The notes under the pieces: model-generated
Seen by the model: the letters and a program-made list of their open reading frames with translations, nothing else
What the model was told of the DNA's origin: nothing
Database searches by the model: none
Shown here: piece by piece, positions 30,537 through 40,673 of the stretch
Numbering within the stretch: the first letter of the stretch is position 1
How the letters are laid out: the number at the start of each line of letters is the position of its first letter
Program-made: the position numbers and the translations under genes
NCBI GenBank assembly: GCA_963676915.2
Contig: CAXXVK010000074.1
Span: 24,270 to 88,269 of the forward strand
Length of the DNA stretch: 64,000 nt
Origin: Myxococcota bacterium
GTDB taxonomy: Bacteria > Myxococcota_A > SURF-8 > G963663525
Reading direction: 5' to 3'

Positions 30537-31935
30537 ATGAAACCTCTGCTCGTCATCGCTGCAATTCTCGCTGTGGAAGCTGTGTTTTCTGGGGATTTTC
30601 GGTCTGGAGGGATTTCAGAACCTGTTTCGTGGACGTGGCGAGATGGGGGTGGCATTCCATACAACACGATGATCGTCTTGCTAGGAACTTCGGTGTTGGG
30701 GACTCGCCAGCGGAACCATCGGTGTTTTTGCGGTGTTTACGTCGTCGTTCCCTCGTTGGGGATGCCGTAGCCCACTCGGCGTTGCCGGGGACTGGCGGTT
30801 TTCTTTCTTGATCCTGGGGAGAGCGCAGCTTTTTGGCGATGATGGCCGGTGCGGTGGTTTTCGGGCTTTTCGGCAGTCCTGTCGATTTCGTGGTTGCAGA
30901 AAAATACCCGGATCAAGGCCGACGCCGCCATCGGTATCGTGCTGAGCGTGCTGTTCGGCTTGGGTCTGATGCTTTCCGGTATTGTGCAGGGACGACCCCA
31001 GCGGTCGCCAAGCCGGTCTGGATTCCTTTCTATTGGGAAAAAACAGCGGGGATGGTAGCGCAGGATCTGATGTCCTATTTTCCTCGTTGCGGCCAACGTT
31101 TTTTCTTTTTGTCGTGCTGTTTTTCAAGGAATTCAAGCTGGTTAGCTTCGATGGCTCCTTTGCTTCCGTTCAAGGATTTCCTGCCTTGACGCTCGATGCG
31201 ATCATGATGGGATTGATCGTGATAACCACCGTAATCGGGCTTCCGGCGGTCGGTGTCGTGCTGATGGCGGCGTTGTTGATTATCCCGGCGGTATCGGCCC
31301 GGTTTTGGATCGATAATCTTCGAGGAATGGTGGTGTTGTCCGGCGGAATCGGCTTGTTGACGGGTCTGGCTGGTACGTGGCTGAGTTCCCGCTACGACGA
31401 TTTACCTGCCGGTGCGGTGATCGTGCTGTCCGGTGCGGCACTGTTTGTCGTTTCCGTATTCGTGGCTCCGAAAAAGGGAATTTTCGCACGAGCTTTCCGT
31501 CGTCTGGGCACGGGACTGCATATTGCCGAAGAACACCTGTTGCGGGCGTTTTTCGAGATCGAGGAATGCCGGGAAGTTGGAAAACACTCAGGCGTTTCGA
31601 TACAAAGCCTGATTCAACGTCGAAGTTGGAGCGTTTTGACCGTTCGTTGGCTGCTTTGGCGTTCTTTATGGAGCGGTGATGTCAAACGAGAAGATTCCGA
31701 CGGCTGGTGCTTGAGTCGGAAGGGCAGGGAAAGGGCGGCGGATGTCGTTCGGCGTCACCGGCTTTGGGAGATTTTCCTCGTCGAACAGGCGTCCATCGCG
31801 CCCGACCATGTGGACCGCGATGCCGACGAATTGGAGCATCTGTTGACCGATGAAATGATCCAGGAATTGGAACGCAAACACATGGGGGATACTGCCGAAT
31901 TACCGGCATCGGTTCATCCCGTGGAGCAGGATTAG
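30537..31935 (+). CDS. Metal ABC permease (TroC-like) with C-terminal DtxR-like domain; multiple frameshifts 30700-31100
   Basis: Fragments across frames: YNTMIVLLG, RRRSLVGDAVAHSALPG, TRIKADAAIGIVLS, FFKEFKLVSFD, VGVVLMAALLIIPA; C-terminus RRHRLWEIFL..DHVDRDADELEH. Confidence 0.8.
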
Positions 31936-31937
31936 TC

Positions 31938-33248
31938 ATGGATACGATCTTGGGGTTCGATGCTATCGGCTTTTGGATTGTCGCGACCGGTGCGTTGGTG
32001 AATATTTCCGGGGCGCTGTTGGGAAACTATCTCGTGCTGCGGAAAATGAGCCTGCTGGGTGACGCGATTTCCCATGCCGTGCTTCCAGGGTTGGCGGTGG
32101 CGTTCATCGTAACGCAAAGTCGTGCTACGTGGCCGATGTTGATCGGTGCCCTGCTGGCGGGATTGCTGACGATTGTATTGACCGAAACGGTTCGACGTTT
32201 TGCAGGCGTTGCAGAAGATGCATCCATCGGCGTGATTTTTACCTCCATGTTCGCACTTGGGGTGGTTTTGATCAGTCGGGTGGCCAGTCAGGTCGACCTC
32301 GATCCGGGTTGTGTCCTGTACGGAATTCTGGAGTCCGCCGCCCTGGATACGGAGGTCTTTCTCGGGATAGAAATTCCTATCATGACGTTGAACCTCGCTT
32401 TTCTGACGCTTGCGATTTTGGGCTTCGTGCTGTTGTTCTGGAAAGAATTGAAGCTGGTTTCTTTCGATTCCGCGTTGGCTACGACTCTGGGTTTTCATGC
32501 CACGCTCGTGCATTACCTTTTAATGGCGATGGTCGCCGTATTCACCGTGCTGGCTTTCGAAGCGGTGGGTTCGATTCTGGTTGTGGCGATGCTGGTTGCT
32601 CCGTCCGCTACAGCGTATTTGCTGACGGACCGCATGAAAGTCATGGCCTGGTTGGCTCCGCTGATCGGGATTTCATCGGCGGTATTGGGACGAGAACTTG
32701 CCTTCGAATGGGATACGCCCGTGGCTGGCGCTATGGCTGTCGCGGTAGGATTGCATTTCGTGCTTGCCGTATTTTTCGCTCCTCGTCATGGTGTGCTGGC
32801 GCGTAAATTGTACCAACTTCGAGTGAGTTTTCGCGTATTACGGGAAGATATCCTCGCGTTGCTCTATCGCTGGGAGGAACGCAATCCTTCCGAGTCGATG
32901 CTTCACGAGGATCTGTTGCGAGCGATGGGCGGTGGCTGGCAGGTACGGTTCGCACTTGGCGCGGGACGTTTTTCGGGAGAATGGCAGCAGCAGGCCGGAG
33001 CATTTCGGTTGTCCGAAATCGGAAGACAGGCCGGAAGAAAACTGATTCGCAAACACCGCCTGTGGGAAGCCTATCTTGCGAAACATACGCCGCTGCCCTC
33101 CGATCACCTGCACGATCCCGCCGACCGGGTAGAGCATTACATTACCAACGAACTGGTTCACGAAGTGGCACAAGATGTTGGATTTCCACAAAAAGATCCA
33201 CACGGTCAGCCGATAGAAACGGACTCGACATCTTTGGAAGAATCGTGA
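31938..33248 (+). CDS. Metal ABC permease (TroD-like) with C-terminal DtxR-like domain
   Basis: LRKMSLLGDAISHAVLPG, VDLDPGCVLYG, AFEAVGSILVVA; C-terminus RKHRLWEAYL..DHLHDPADRVEH..DPHGQPI. Confidence 0.92.
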   Translation: MDTILGFDAIGFWIVATGALVNISGALLGNYLVLRKMSLLGDAISHAVLPGLAVAFIVTQSRATWPMLIGALLAGLLTIVLTETVRRFAGVAEDASIGVIFTSMFALGVVLISRVASQVDLDPGCVLYGILESAALDTEVFLGIEIPIMTLNLAFLTLAILGFVLLFWKELKLVSFDSALATTLGFHATLVHYLLMAMVAVFTVLAFEAVGSILVVAMLVAPSATAYLLTDRMKVMAWLAPLIGISSAVLGRELAFEWDTPVAGAMAVAVGLHFVLAVFFAPRHGVLARKLYQLRVSFRVLREDILALLYRWEERNPSESMLHEDLLRAMGGGWQVRFALGAGRFSGEWQQQAGAFRLSEIGRQAGRKLIRKHRLWEAYLAKHTPLPSDHLHDPADRVEHYITNELVHEVAQDVGFPQKDPHGQPIETDSTSLEES

Positions 33249-33271
33249 TTTTGTGAATCAAACCTGAAATT

Positions 33272-34771
33272 CTAGACGGATCTCGGGTTGAATCCCTCCC
33301 GGACGTGTCGCAAGCGACCTTCTTGGAATACCATCAGCGGCTTTTTCAGGTGAAGCGCGGATTGCAGCGGGTTGTTGCGGAAAACCGCGAGGTCCGCAAG
33401 CTTGCCTTCGTCGATGCTTCCCAACGTGCTTTCCAATCCCATCAGCTTCGCATTGTTCAACGTCGCCATTTTCAGACCTTCGGCGGCGGGAATGCCGATT
33501 TGTTCCAACATTTCGATTTCAATGTGGAGCGCTCCGGGGAAAACGAAGGGGATGCCGCCATCGTTGCCGCAACCGAAGGGAATCCCTGCGTCATAGAGCT
33601 TTTTGGCGTTGCTTTTGCCTAAAACGACCGCAGAGGTGAACACGTTCTGGTCCGGCCAGGGAATCAGGTGTTTACGGGTATAGGATTCTGGACGCGCCAG
33701 CCGGTTGAAGTAATCGAGACTGCCTCGGACGAATTCCGGTTCGAGGTATTCACGAAGCAGATCGGGAAAGACCCGTTTGCGCCAGGTGTTGAAATTCTGT
33801 AGATCTTCACTGGCCCAGCGAGCGTCTCCGGGGCTTTTGTGTGCCAAACCGAAAGGCGCGGAAAGGGTTGGAATCACTGCCGCTTTGGCATCCTGCATCC
33901 GGCGCAGATCTTCGTCTGTAAAGGGATAGTCGCGGATGACGTGCTGCATGTCGCGGATGCCGCCGTCTATTCCTCGGTTGAACCCTCCGTGCTCGGTCTG
34001 GTGCAGGGCGACCGCAAGTCCCTGCCTGCCAGCTTCCTCCGTAACGGAACGGATCGTTTGCACGTCCATGACTTCCAGAGGCTTGCCGGGAATGAACAGC
34101 TCTTTGGGTTGTTGAAACAGTTTGATGCAGTGGATACCGTTGTCTTTGGCCTCTCGAACGGCTGTGGCTCCTTCTTCCGCCGATTGGATCATTTTCCAGA
34201 ATTTCGGTTTGCGGATAGGGATCATCTTCGAGCCGTATCCGCCCTCGATACACAAAGCCCGACTGGAAAGAATCCGGGGGCCGATGATTTCCCCACGGTC
34301 GATTTTATCCGTCAGTCGATCGAGCCAGTCCGAAAAGGCCAGCATGTCGCGTACGGTAGTGACACCGTGGCGGATGCATTCCTCGGCGTTGCGCTCGGCT
34401 TGTCGTTCCAGGGAAAACAACATTCCGGGACGCAAACTGAGACCGCTCGGAAGAGTCATGTGTGTGTGCAGGTTCATCAGGCCGGGCGTGATGTACGCAC
34501 CGTCGAGGTCAAGGGTTTTGTCTGCGCTCAGGCGTTGTGTGGACGTGTGGCCGATTCCCTCGATTCTTCCGCCGCTTATCCGGATTTCTTTTTCCGGGCG
34601 AAGGCGTCCGGACCGGACATCGACGAGCCGGACGTTTCTCAGCAACAGGGATTCCTCTGTCCTTACGAGAGGTTGCGGAGCCAGGTAGCGACTCGTGTTT
34701 TTCGAGCAGGAAGAGGTCGCCAATGGTGCGGCGAACAGAGCGGACAACTGAAGAAACTGCCTGCGGTCCAT
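33272..34771 (-). CDS. Tat-exported metal-dependent amidohydrolase (probable lipoprotein)
   Basis: MDRRQFL twin-arginine signal, TSSC; PGLMNLHTH, GVTTVRD, IKLF, ALHQ, MQHV, GNDGG, GKLADL. Confidence 0.88.
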   Translation of the reverse strand: MDRRQFLQLSALFAAPLATSSCSKNTSRYLAPQPLVRTEESLLLRNVRLVDVRSGRLRPEKEIRISGGRIEGIGHTSTQRLSADKTLDLDGAYITPGLMNLHTHMTLPSGLSLRPGMLFSLERQAERNAEECIRHGVTTVRDMLAFSDWLDRLTDKIDRGEIIGPRILSSRALCIEGGYGSKMIPIRKPKFWKMIQSAEEGATAVREAKDNGIHCIKLFQQPKELFIPGKPLEVMDVQTIRSVTEEAGRQGLAVALHQTEHGGFNRGIDGGIRDMQHVIRDYPFTDEDLRRMQDAKAAVIPTLSAPFGLAHKSPGDARWASEDLQNFNTWRKRVFPDLLREYLEPEFVRGSLDYFNRLARPESYTRKHLIPWPDQNVFTSAVVLGKSNAKKLYDAGIPFGCGNDGGIPFVFPGALHIEIEMLEQIGIPAAEGLKMATLNNAKLMGLESTLGSIDEGKLADLAVFRNNPLQSALHLKKPLMVFQEGRLRHVREGFNPRSV

Positions 34772-34782
34772 GTGATACCCCG

Positions 34783-35625
34783 TTATTTTTTCGGAGCCTC
34801 CGGATGGGGGGCTTCATGAAGTTTGCGGACGATACGGTCGGTCATGAATTCCCGAACGCTGGGAAGAAGCCTTTGGAACAGATAGACCATTCGGCCTTTT
34901 TTACCCGGAATGATCACAGCTTCGTTGCGTTCCATGCCTTCCAACATTCCCTGAACGACCTCTTCGGCGCTCATAACACCGGCGTTGGCGTTGATCGCTT
35001 TGGTGACTTCCGGTTTGTACTGGTTGGTTTCGGCCAGCATCGGCGTGTCCACCTGAACGGGGCACATCACCGAAACGTGAATGCCGTGGGGTTTCATTTC
35101 GGCGCGCAGTGCGTAACTGAAACCGACGACGGCGAATTTCGAACTGCTGTAGCCGGTATAACCATACAGCCCCACCAGGCCGCTCATGGAGGACACGTTG
35201 ACGATATAGCCTTCTCCTAGCCCTTTCATAGAGGGCAGACAGGCGGCGGTGACGTTTCGGATACCATACACGTTGAGTTTGAGCATCCGGTCGAAGCGCT
35301 CGTAGGTCATTTCTTCGAATACGATAGCGCCGCCCATTCCGGCGCTATTGATAAGCACGTAAGGGGCACCGAAGGTTTCGCAAGCCTCACCCAGCACTTT
35401 TTGTACGGTGTCGTTGTCCGTGATGTCGAGCGAGACGGCTTCGACCTTCTGGTCTTTCGAGATGCAGGCGTTGCGGATGCTTTCCACCGCTTCTTTCATG
35501 CGTTCGGGCGAATCGATGGAAAACGAAAAAATGTTCGCACCTTTCGAAGCGAATAGGCAGGCAGCAGCCAATCCAATGCCACTGGTTCCACCACTGATAT
35601 AAACGTTTTTTTGATTCACTTGCAT
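34783..35625 (-). CDS. SDR oxidoreductase, 3-ketodihydrosphingosine reductase-like subgroup
   Basis: Start set at MQVNQKNVYISGGTSGIG; NSAG, NVSSMSGLVGLYGYTGYSSSKFA (YxxxK), CPVQVDTP. Confidence 0.85.
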   Translation of the reverse strand: MQVNQKNVYISGGTSGIGLAAACLFASKGANIFSFSIDSPERMKEAVESIRNACISKDQKVEAVSLDITDNDTVQKVLGEACETFGAPYVLINSAGMGGAIVFEEMTYERFDRMLKLNVYGIRNVTAACLPSMKGLGEGYIVNVSSMSGLVGLYGYTGYSSSKFAVVGFSYALRAEMKPHGIHVSVMCPVQVDTPMLAETNQYKPEVTKAINANAGVMSAEEVVQGMLEGMERNEAVIIPGKKGRMVYLFQRLLPSVREFMTDRIVRKLHEAPHPEAPKK

Positions 35626-35681
35626 GGTTCGTTCTCTTTTTTTATCGGTTGAATGCGGCTTGTACTGTTTTTTCCGGTTGT

Positions 35682-37001
35682 TTAGGATTCGAAGCGGAAT
35701 TCCACTTTCTCCACCTTCGCCAGGTCTTGTTTGTAAAACAGCGAAGCGACGAAAAACAGCATGCTCGCCAGCAAGGAGAACACTGGCAGAATCGTCATTG
35801 CCGTGGAGATGCCGTATTGATCCGAAACGACACCCACGAAAATCGGTCCCATCGAGCTGCCGACGAGATTCTGCACGATGACGCATAGACTGTAGCTGGT
35901 TGCTCGCAGTCCAGGATGGACGACATCCTGAGTGACCGCCGCCGCCGCCGGGACGAAGGCCGCGACCGAGACGCCGCCTGCCAGCAGAAGCGCATATTGA
36001 GCGTAGCCTTCGAGACAACCGAAGGCTGTCATCATCAATATGGCGGTGATAGACGAGGAAATGATGCAAAAATGCAGTCGGGCGTTGGCGTGACGTTTTT
36101 GCCAGCGATCCGCCAGGTATCCACCCAGTGGTGCGCCGATGATGGCGAAAAGCATTACGGCGCTGCTTTTCAGTCCTGCCGTGGTTTCATCCAATCCCTG
36201 AATGCGATGAAAATAGGTTGGCATCCAGGAGAGCAGAGCCGTCGTGACGAAGGTATTGCCCGCAAAGGCGAAATATGTGGCCAAAAGCGATCCGGTGTGG
36301 GTGAATTCCCGAACCATGTCTTTTTTGGACATCTTCACCTGCTGGGAATTTTCCGTATCGCTTTTCACCGTTTTGACAAGTTCGACGGATTCGTAATCTC
36401 TGGTCCAGAAGAACAGGAAAGCCACGATCATTCCCGGAAAGGCGACCAAGCCGAAGGCGTGTTGCCATCCGAAATGATTGGCTACCCAACCGCCGATAGC
36501 GATACCGATGGCGCTTCCCAGTGGAATTGCGGCCGACCACAAGCCGAGAAACAAGGCTCGTTTCGACTTGGGAAACAGGGCCGAGATCATCGCGGTTCCA
36601 CCGGGGGCGTATCCGGCTTCACCAATACCTATCGCGGCTCGTGCCATGAAAAGCTGGTGGAAATTCTTGGTAATGGCACAGGCAGCCGTTGCCAGACTCC
36701 ACAGCAGCGCCATGATCGCGATGCATTTTTTCCGGCTCCAGCGGTCGATGAAGAGGGACACCGGAAAGGAAAAAGCCAGAATCGACCAGTACACGGCAGA
36801 GATCAACATGCCGCATTCGGCGTCGGTCAGTCCCCAATCTCGTTTGATGAAAGGAAACAGGGACGCCACGATCATACGGTCGATGTAATCGAACATATAA
36901 AGCAGAGTCAACAGTGTGAATACGTAGTACGAGTACTTCGAAGCGACGGGTTGATTATCGCTGGAACTTCCGTTTTTCATCGAACCACTGACCTTCCGCA
37001 A
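35682..37001 (-). CDS. MFS transporter, Spinster-like
   Basis: LYMFDYIDRMIV, IDRWSRKK, ARAAIGIGEAGYAPGG, GGYLADRW; about 12 hydrophobic segments. Confidence 0.88.
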   Translation of the reverse strand: MRKVSGSMKNGSSSDNQPVASKYSYYVFTLLTLLYMFDYIDRMIVASLFPFIKRDWGLTDAECGMLISAVYWSILAFSFPVSLFIDRWSRKKCIAIMALLWSLATAACAITKNFHQLFMARAAIGIGEAGYAPGGTAMISALFPKSKRALFLGLWSAAIPLGSAIGIAIGGWVANHFGWQHAFGLVAFPGMIVAFLFFWTRDYESVELVKTVKSDTENSQQVKMSKKDMVREFTHTGSLLATYFAFAGNTFVTTALLSWMPTYFHRIQGLDETTAGLKSSAVMLFAIIGAPLGGYLADRWQKRHANARLHFCIISSSITAILMMTAFGCLEGYAQYALLLAGGVSVAAFVPAAAAVTQDVVHPGLRATSYSLCVIVQNLVGSSMGPIFVGVVSDQYGISTAMTILPVFSLLASMLFFVASLFYKQDLAKVEKVEFRFES

Positions 37002-37213
37002 ATATAAAATGAGACTGAGTCGCGGCTCATCATAACGGGTTCGTTGTTTTCGCGCTAAGAGAAAAATGGTGGAAAGTCTGATTTTTCTCAGGAAAAACCA
37101 GACTTTTTGTCTTTGTGAGTTTCATATGGCAGAAACTGTCACATGTGGAGCCGATTTTTCGAAAAATGTTTGTCAGAATTCAGGATGCAGCACATCGGAA
37201 TCGTGTGTTGCCG

Positions 37214-38143
37214 TTATCGATACTCGATGTCGTCTTCGTTAACGATGGTCAGCGAGCGGGTGATGGGATCGATACGAACGATATGGAACACGGGTTGCGT
37301 ACAATGCTTAAGGTCGTCGGTCATGTAAAACGGGATGCCGTTCCATTCGACGTGCGCAAAATAGTGTTTGTGTCCCATAAAAACGCCCAGTACGATGTCT
37401 TGATACTCCTCGATCAGCGCGATCATTCCTTCGGCGTCGGGGAGGATGGTTTCGTGCGGATCGATAAAATGATGCCAGAACATCAGGGTGGGAAGTCCTT
37501 TTTCCAGTCGTTCGCGGGTCCAGTCGAGTTGATCCTGCCCGAAGGATGGGTCGTCGTTGGTGTCGTGGTCTACGGCGAGGTCTGTTGCATCTAGCATCAG
37601 GAACTGAACCCCTTTGTGCTCCACTGCGTAATAAGGAGAGGGCAGGGATGGCGTATCCCCGAAAACCGTATCCCAGGAGTAGGCCGGACGCTCGCGGGTC
37701 TCGAAGGTGTCGAAATAGCGGTTGTCGTGGTTGCCGATCACGTTGTACAGCGGAACATCGTACGAGGTTTCGATCAAGTCCCGGTAGGTAGTCAGAATCG
37801 GTAGTGGATCGCTGCAATTGATATCGGGAAAGCAGAACAGATCGTCCACGAGATCACCGGTATTTACGATGAAATCCGGTCCAAAGGGGTGTATAGCTTC
37901 GGCGGCTTCAATAAAATGTTTGTTTTGATCCGAATCATTCGAAAGCTGAACGTGACTATCCGAGATTACCGCAATCGAAAAGGCCTCGAGTTGCGTCTCG
38001 GTTTCGTCGGCTTCTTCCACGAACTCCAAGTTGTCGCTATCGGCTTCCAGGGACGGGGGGCTGTCCTCGCCACAAGCGAAAAATACAACTAGGGAAAAAA
38101 TCACCACAATGAAAGCTAGTGGAAAGCGGGGATGGATTGCCAT
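37214..38143 (-). CDS. Calcineurin-like metallophosphoesterase lipoprotein
   Basis: Lipobox FFAC; ISDSH, TGDLVD, IGNHD, FWHH, MGHKH. Confidence 0.88.
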   Translation of the reverse strand: MAIHPRFPLAFIVVIFSLVVFFACGEDSPPSLEADSDNLEFVEEADETETQLEAFSIAVISDSHVQLSNDSDQNKHFIEAAEAIHPFGPDFIVNTGDLVDDLFCFPDINCSDPLPILTTYRDLIETSYDVPLYNVIGNHDNRYFDTFETRERPAYSWDTVFGDTPSLPSPYYAVEHKGVQFLMLDATDLAVDHDTNDDPSFGQDQLDWTRERLEKGLPTLMFWHHFIDPHETILPDAEGMIALIEEYQDIVLGVFMGHKHYFAHVEWNGIPFYMTDDLKHCTQPVFHIVRIDPITRSLTIVNEDDIEYR

Positions 38144-38426
38144 GGCGGTTCCCTTTTCGAAAATAGAGCGATAAAATCCTAACTAAACCGTAACATGGAA
38201 TCGATGGAGAAGAAACGAGACATTTGCTTCCCAACAAATTTTGCCGAAACTATCGTCAAAAGACCTGGAATGCTTGGTTTTCCGATGAGTAATTTTTTTT
38301 GTTATTTTGTAGAGACGAGAAAATTTACATTCAAAAGTGTTGAATAATGGCACGTATAGGGAAACGTTGCGCCATCGACGCCTTTGCGGTACAACCTAGC
38401 GGTGACAAGAAAGAGGAGATCTTGCA

Positions 38427-40547
38427 ATGAAAGCAATCATTTCGGTATGGATCGCGCTGTTCGGGCTGGCCCTTTTCGGTTGCGAAGATACGAAAGCCTT
38501 GAATACCGCTGGAGACGATGAGATCGACCTTCCCAATGGAACGGCGGATAGGGATTACTACGAACTTCCGGAGGCGGAAACGGACGATGACCTCGACAGC
38601 GTGGACAGTCCTACCGAGACAGATGCCGCAACGGAAAAGGATATAGATCTTGTGGATCTTGATGAAACCCAGGTCGAGGCCGAACCGGAAGAGGAAGAAA
38701 TCTGCGAGTTCGATCCTCTGACCGATTGTTTTCCCGAAATCGAAGGAGTGGAATCGGGCTATTTCTGTTACATGAACAAGCTTTTTTATACCGAGCCGGG
38801 GTGTTCGAGCAGTACGGCTTGTCCCGAAGGTTGTAGCTGTACCTACATCAAGCAATGTGACGAAGGTTGCCAGGACGATCAGGACGGCGGAGCCTACTGT
38901 ATCGAAGAACCACCGGCGGATGGAGACGAAGAAGAAGTCGAGGATGAGACGGACGACCTCGATGTTGTCGAAATCGAGGAAGCTGAAGAAGAAATCCCCG
39001 AACAGGGACCGGATTACTGTGGCCCCGAAGGTCGCCGCTGCGAACCGGAAGAAAACGAAGTCGCCGAGTGCATCAATGGAAGTTGCCTGTATTACTGCGC
39101 TACGGGTTATGTGGATCTCGATCAGGAAATTCCCGGATGCGAATGCATGAAAACCGCCGAATACGACTGGCCGGATGCGGATGAAATCGATGCCAACTGC
39201 GATGGCCTGGACGGAATGCGTCTGGATGCGGTGTTTGTCGATGCCGATGCCGTAGCAGGTGGAGACGGCACGATGAGCGCACCGTTCGATAACATTACGG
39301 ACGGTATCGAGGCCGCGCTTGCAGCGGAGCGTGGGCAGGTCTTGATCGCTCGTGGCGATTACCTGGAAGAAATTCATCTCGAATCGCTGAATCTTTCTCG
39401 GGCGTTCGGTGTTTTCGGTGGTTTCGAGCCATTAGACGAGTGGAATCGTACCAATTTGCTGACCAAAGTCCGGCGTGGCAATCCGGCGATTACCGTGCGC
39501 AACGTTCAAGGAGAATTGCGGCTAGGTGGGTTGACTGTTGCCGGAACCGGTGGCAGAGAACGTGGTGAAAACGGGTACAGCCTCTGGTTGGAGAACAGCG
39601 AGCACGTTATTCTCGACGACTCCTGGATCAATAGTGCGGCTGGTGCGAGTGGAGCCGATGGAGAGTCGGGAGGTTCAGGAGTCGATGGTGTCGATGGCGG
39701 ACCGGGTGGCTCTCATGACTGCCGAGAAAAAACACTGGGATTCTGCACCGGTGGGTGTTCGGCGGCCACCCCTGGAACGGCTGGGATCAATACTTGTATC
39801 GGCTTGACGACCCGTGGTGGCCAAGGAGGAACCAGCAGTGGAGATGGTGCCGATGGTTCCGGTGGTGAGCTGGGCGGTCGAGGTGGCGAAGGAAAAGCGC
39901 GAAACCAGATCGGTGCGGCTGAAAACGGTCTTGATGGCGGTGACGGGGCGGAAGGCGACCCCGGTACGGCAGGAGAAGGCGGTAGCCTGGCGGGCGGCAT
40001 CTGGGTAGGACAAACCGGTGGTGCCGGTGGAGTAGGTCAGCCCGGCGGCGGCGGTGGCGGTGGCGGCGGTGGCTCGGGTGCCGGTTGCGATTGCGACGAT
40101 AGCTGCGGCGGCGGTGGCGGCGGCGGCGGTTCGGGTGGTTGCGGCGGCCTCGGGGGAACCGGAGGGTTCGCGGGTGGTGGTTCGTTTACCGTGTGGATCA
40201 TCGATACTCCGTTGACGGTTGTGAATTCACGCATCAGTGGCGGTCTTGGTGGCCGTGGCGGTGCGGGTGCGACTGGCGGCGAGGGTGGAATCGGTGGTCG
40301 TGGCGGTGATCCCGGATCGACAGCCGGTGGTTGTTCTCCTGGTCGTGGCGGTCTTGGTGGCGATGGTGGTCCCGGCGGTCGCGGTGGCGGCGGCGCGGGT
40401 GGAATCGCCGTAAGCATTTTCGTATTGTCCGGCGAGGCTCCGACCATCGATGAATATTCCGAAGTGGCGGAAGGTATCGGTGGCTTGGGAGGGCTGGGCG
40501 GTACACCCGGCGTGCAAGGTGCCGTGGAAACGATTCGTCTGCCCTAG
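38427..40547 (+). CDS. Cys-rich/Gly-rich (PGRS-like) surface lipoprotein
   Basis: Lipobox LFGC, acidic linker, Cys-rich repeats, DANCDGLDG, VFVDADAVAGGDGTMSAPF (DUF1565-like), long GGxGGxG tract. Confidence 0.82.
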   Translation: MKAIISVWIALFGLALFGCEDTKALNTAGDDEIDLPNGTADRDYYELPEAETDDDLDSVDSPTETDAATEKDIDLVDLDETQVEAEPEEEEICEFDPLTDCFPEIEGVESGYFCYMNKLFYTEPGCSSSTACPEGCSCTYIKQCDEGCQDDQDGGAYCIEEPPADGDEEEVEDETDDLDVVEIEEAEEEIPEQGPDYCGPEGRRCEPEENEVAECINGSCLYYCATGYVDLDQEIPGCECMKTAEYDWPDADEIDANCDGLDGMRLDAVFVDADAVAGGDGTMSAPFDNITDGIEAALAAERGQVLIARGDYLEEIHLESLNLSRAFGVFGGFEPLDEWNRTNLLTKVRRGNPAITVRNVQGELRLGGLTVAGTGGRERGENGYSLWLENSEHVILDDSWINSAAGASGADGESGGSGVDGVDGGPGGSHDCREKTLGFCTGGCSAATPGTAGINTCIGLTTRGGQGGTSSGDGADGSGGELGGRGGEGKARNQIGAAENGLDGGDGAEGDPGTAGEGGSLAGGIWVGQTGGAGGVGQPGGGGGGGGGGSGAGCDCDDSCGGGGGGGGSGGCGGLGGTGGFAGGGSFTVWIIDTPLTVVNSRISGGLGGRGGAGATGGEGGIGGRGGDPGSTAGGCSPGRGGLGGDGGPGGRGGGGAGGIAVSIFVLSGEAPTIDEYSEVAEGIGGLGGLGGTPGVQGAVETIRLP

Positions 40548-40673
40548 TGGCTAGTTATTTCTCTCTTTTTCTTCCATGATTTCATAAGGTTGGATCAAAT
40601 TCGTCCTGATTCGTTTCGATATTGATTGGCTCCAGGCTTCGTGGTATCTTGGAATTGAAAAGGAGGTGGTGAA

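Noticed and set aside
35626-36069. 148-aa N-terminal extension of the SDR in the ORF track
   Set aside because: Overlaps the MFS gene in another frame; the Rossmann motif and RBS point to ATG 35625.
38331-40517. Antisense ORFs including a poly-Pro ORF, and GGC repeats as a possible array
   Set aside because: Mirror of the acidic and Gly-rich codons of the lipoprotein; no repeat-spacer periodicity, so not CRISPR.
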